From positions 194,308,001-194,372,000 of the forward strand of contig NC_042998.1 of the NCBI RefSeq assembly GCF_006345805.1: a DNA stretch of 64,000 nt, read 5' to 3'. Position numbers and translations under genes: made by a program. Below, piece after piece: positions 60,824 through 64,000 of this stretch. The stretch comes from Octopus sinensis. Taxonomy: Eukaryota. Each line of letters opens with the position of its first letter. Position 1 is the first letter of the stretch. Below the pieces are notes generated by a model. It was not told the DNA's origin. It ran no database searches and worked only from the letters and a program-made list of their open reading frames with translations.

Positions 60824-61140
60824 GTAAAATATTTGCCATCACATACTTGTATTACAACAACTTCATTTTGATAATATTCTTGTAATTTTTGTTAGTTTCT
60901 ATGGTGGTGGTTGTTTTTTGTCAACTGCTATTTCCCTGCTTTTTGGCAAATTTTTATTCTATGGTATTAAGCACACTTCTGGGATCCTCAAGTGTAACTA
61001 ACATTGGCACAAGATCACACATTTTTGAGGAAGTTTTAGTTAATTCAGTTTGCATTATTACTTTTACTACAGAAAGATGAAAACCAAATTAGGATTCATC
61101 AGGATTTAAACTCAGAATATAAAAGAGCACAGTTAAATCA

Positions 61141-61483
61141 TCATTATCATCATCATCGTTTAATGTCCGTTTTCCATGCTAGCATGGGTTGGACGGTTCG
61201 ACTGGGGTCTGGGAAGCCAGGGGCTGCACCAGGCTCCAGTCTGATCTGGCAGTGTTTCTACAGCTGGATGCCCTTCCTAACGCCAACCACTCCACGAGTG
61301 TAGTGGGTGCTTTTTACGTGCCACCTGCACCGGTGCTAGAGGAGTCTGGCATCGGCCACGATCAGTTGGTGCTTTTAACGTGCCACCGGCCCGGAAGCCA
61401 GCCAAGGCGGTGCTGGCATTGGCCACGTTCGGATGGTGCTTTTTATGTGCCACCGGCACAGAAGCCAGTCAAGGCGGCGCTGC
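61141..61483 (-). repeat. Family C
   Basis: Family C core and tail. Confidence 0.8.
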
Positions 61484-61878
61484 AGAAAGTATTTTTTTAA
61501 TACTCTGCTGACATTCTATCAGTTCAGCTGATCCATTGCCATAATAATCATTCTCATTACTTTTCCATGCTTGCATGGGTTGGACGGGTCCTCTCCAACA
61601 CAGCATCTTCTGTTCCTCTGTCATCTCTTTTATGACATTCTACATCTTGAGATTAGCTTCCATCACTTCTTCCCGTATCTTCTGTGGTTTTCTACTTAAA
61701 CGGTTTCCTCTTTCACACATATCCCGGCACCTCTTTATTCAAGTCATCATTCATATGCATTTCCATGTCCATACCAATACAACCTTCTTCCTTGATTCCC
61801 CTTTCACCCAGTTCTTCTCTCAGCTCACCTGTTCCCAAGGTACTTCATGCATTCTAACATTACACATCCAGTAGAGCT

Positions 61879-62273
61879 TACTCTTTACTCTTTTACTTGT
61901 TTCAGTCATTTGACTGCGGCCATGCTGGAGCACCGCCTTTAATCGAGCAACTCGACCCCGGGACTTATTCTTTGTAAGCCTAGTACTTATTCCATCGGTC
62001 TCTTTTGCCGAACCGCTAAGTGACGGGGACATAAACACACCAGCATCGGTTGTCAAGCAATGCTAGGGGGACAAACACAAACATACACACACACATATAT
62101 ATACATATATACGACGGGCTTCTTTCAGTTTCCGTCTACCAAATCCACTCACAAGGCTTTGGTCGGCCCGAGGCTATAGTAGAAGACACTTGCCCAAGGT
62201 GCCACGCAGTGGGACTGAACCCGGAACCATGTGGTTGGTAAACAAGCTACTTACCACACAGCCACTCCTGCGC
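61879..62273 (-). mobile_element. SINE family A, full length
   Basis: Reverse complement of 29973-30375. Confidence 0.88.
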
Positions 62274-62547
62274 TTAATTATTTCCATCCTTTGATCATCC
62301 TCTGTATTGAATACCTACATCTTACTGTGTAGCATCACATTTCATGCACAAACATCATACAAGCTACTCTTTGCTCAAAAAAAGAATCTCTTTATCAGCA
62401 AAGCTAATATTGATGCTAATAATATTAGCATTAATATCAAAGGTGATATTAATGCTAATAATATGATAGACCACAAAGCCAGAGATTTTGGGGTTGGGTG
62501 TAATTGACTGAATCAACTTTAGTATATGACTGGTACTTATTTATCAC

Positions 62548-63332
62548 CTAGGTAACAGAAGCTATCAACTACTTCTAGTTTTTCACCCTAGCATGTGATG
62601 GAGAGGGTTTCTGTACATCTTCGGTGTTTATTGCCCCTGTGTATCTATCACACACAAAAACTATCTTCCCGTTTAACCTTCTTTTGATATTGCTACACCT
62701 CTTATGTATCCATTGCTTACATCTGGTGCATCTTCTGGAGTTTCTATGTCTTTTCTACAGCTCAAACAGGGCCACCTGAAGGGATTTGTGATTTGTCTGC
62801 CTTCTTACTTACCAAGACTTTGGTTTTTGTTAGATTGACTCTAAGGCCCTTCAATTCTAGATCTTGCTTCCACACCTGAAACTTCGTCTCTAGTTCTGGT
62901 AGTGACTCAGCTATTAAGGCAAGGTCATCAACATAAAGGAGCTCCCAGGGGCAACCTATCTTGAATTCCTGTGTTATAGCCTGGAGAGCTATGATGAATA
63001 AGAGGGAGATGAGGACTGATCCTTGGTGAACCCATTCTTCTGCCCAGAATTCTTCACTATATTTGTTGCCAACCCTCACCTTACTGACAGTATCTATCCC
63101 TGTACGTGGCTTGTACAGCTCTCACCAACCACTCATCTATTCCGAGTTTCCATATTGACCACCAGATAAAGAATCAGGGGACCCTGTCAAAGGCTCTCTC
63201 CATGTTAACGAAAGCCAAGTATAGATTATCTTTGGTTAGGAATTTCTCCAGCAGCTGTCTTACCAGAAACATAGCATCAGTGGTGCTTCTCCCTTGCACA
63301 AACCCAAACTGCATCTCATCTAAATTAACTCT
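62548..63332 (-). mobile_element. Degenerate RT fragment of the same RTE family
   Basis: VHQGSVLISLLF...CPWELLYVDDLALIAESL; collinear with about 45490-46310. Confidence 0.88.
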
Positions 63333-63338
63333 ATAGTT

Positions 63339-64000
63339 ATGTATTTAAGAGATGAAGAATTATGTATATTATTTACTGGACAATACCTCAACTTCAATTC
63401 CTACCATCCATACAGTGTAAAGAAAGGGATTGCTCAGTGCCTAAAACATCATGCAAAGAATATAAGTAGCGATTGTGATACACACCACAAAGAAATGATC
63501 AAGCTCAATAATGATCTGTTAAGCAACAACTACCCCAAAAACATATTATCCACTCCAATTATAAAGAAAAGTGAGGATGAAACCGATAAACTGTCCACAG
63601 TCTGTCTACCCTATGTGGAAGGCCTCTCCAAAAAGATACAAAAGATATGCGGCCCATATGACATCAGGACAGTATTCAAAAGTAAATATCTCCTTCGAAT
63701 AAAACCACCAACAGAAGAGAATATAACCAAAGACTTCATGTACTCCATCCCATGCAGCTGTTGTAGGTTTTACAAAGGCAAAACATGCCGCCCCCTCAAA
63801 ATAAGGATAGAGGAAATCGCAAAGCTGTGGCATGAGGAGATATTGATAAATCGGTTATAGCTGATCATGTAAAGAAAAATGGAGACCACCTTCCCTTGTG
63901 GGATGAAGTTAAAATAATAGACAGAGAACAGCACTGGAAAATACGAAAACTAAAAGAAGCAGCGCATATGTTAGGACACAACAACCTCCTAAGCAGACCG
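63339..64000 (+). mobile_element. Penelope-like element fragment (RT thumb and GIY-YIG), degenerate, runs off the window
   Basis: QYLNFNSYHP, LPYVEGLS, YSIPCSC..YKGKT.RPL..RI.E, KLKEA. Confidence 0.85.

Overview
Eukaryotic, repeat-rich genomic DNA. The repeat families look like those of Octopus (coleoid cephalopod); this is recognised from memory, not searched. The whole window lies inside one + strand gene, the PIKK kinase ATM. I reconstructed 33 consecutive coding exons (179-60823; 5,443 nt, about 1,814 codons in one continuous frame). They cover the HEAT-repeat region and the start of the FAT domain; the start codon and kinase domain lie outside the window. One intron is best explained by a GC donor. 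The introns hold a young 5'-truncated RTE LINE with a PHD-like finger inside its RT, whose 3' UTR matches the most abundant dispersed repeat here. They also hold two Penelope-like elements, several tRNA-derived SINE families, two related solo LTRs with 4-bp TSDs, piggyBac, Merlin-like, mariner and Helitron non-autonomous elements, and two long palindromes. Most notable: (1) a tRNA-headed SINE-like element carrying an intact minimal hammerhead ribozyme; (2) head-to-tail SINE multimers sharing one palindromic junction at three loci, one enclosed by a single 19-bp TSD; (3) inverted repeat pairs closely flanking ATM exons.
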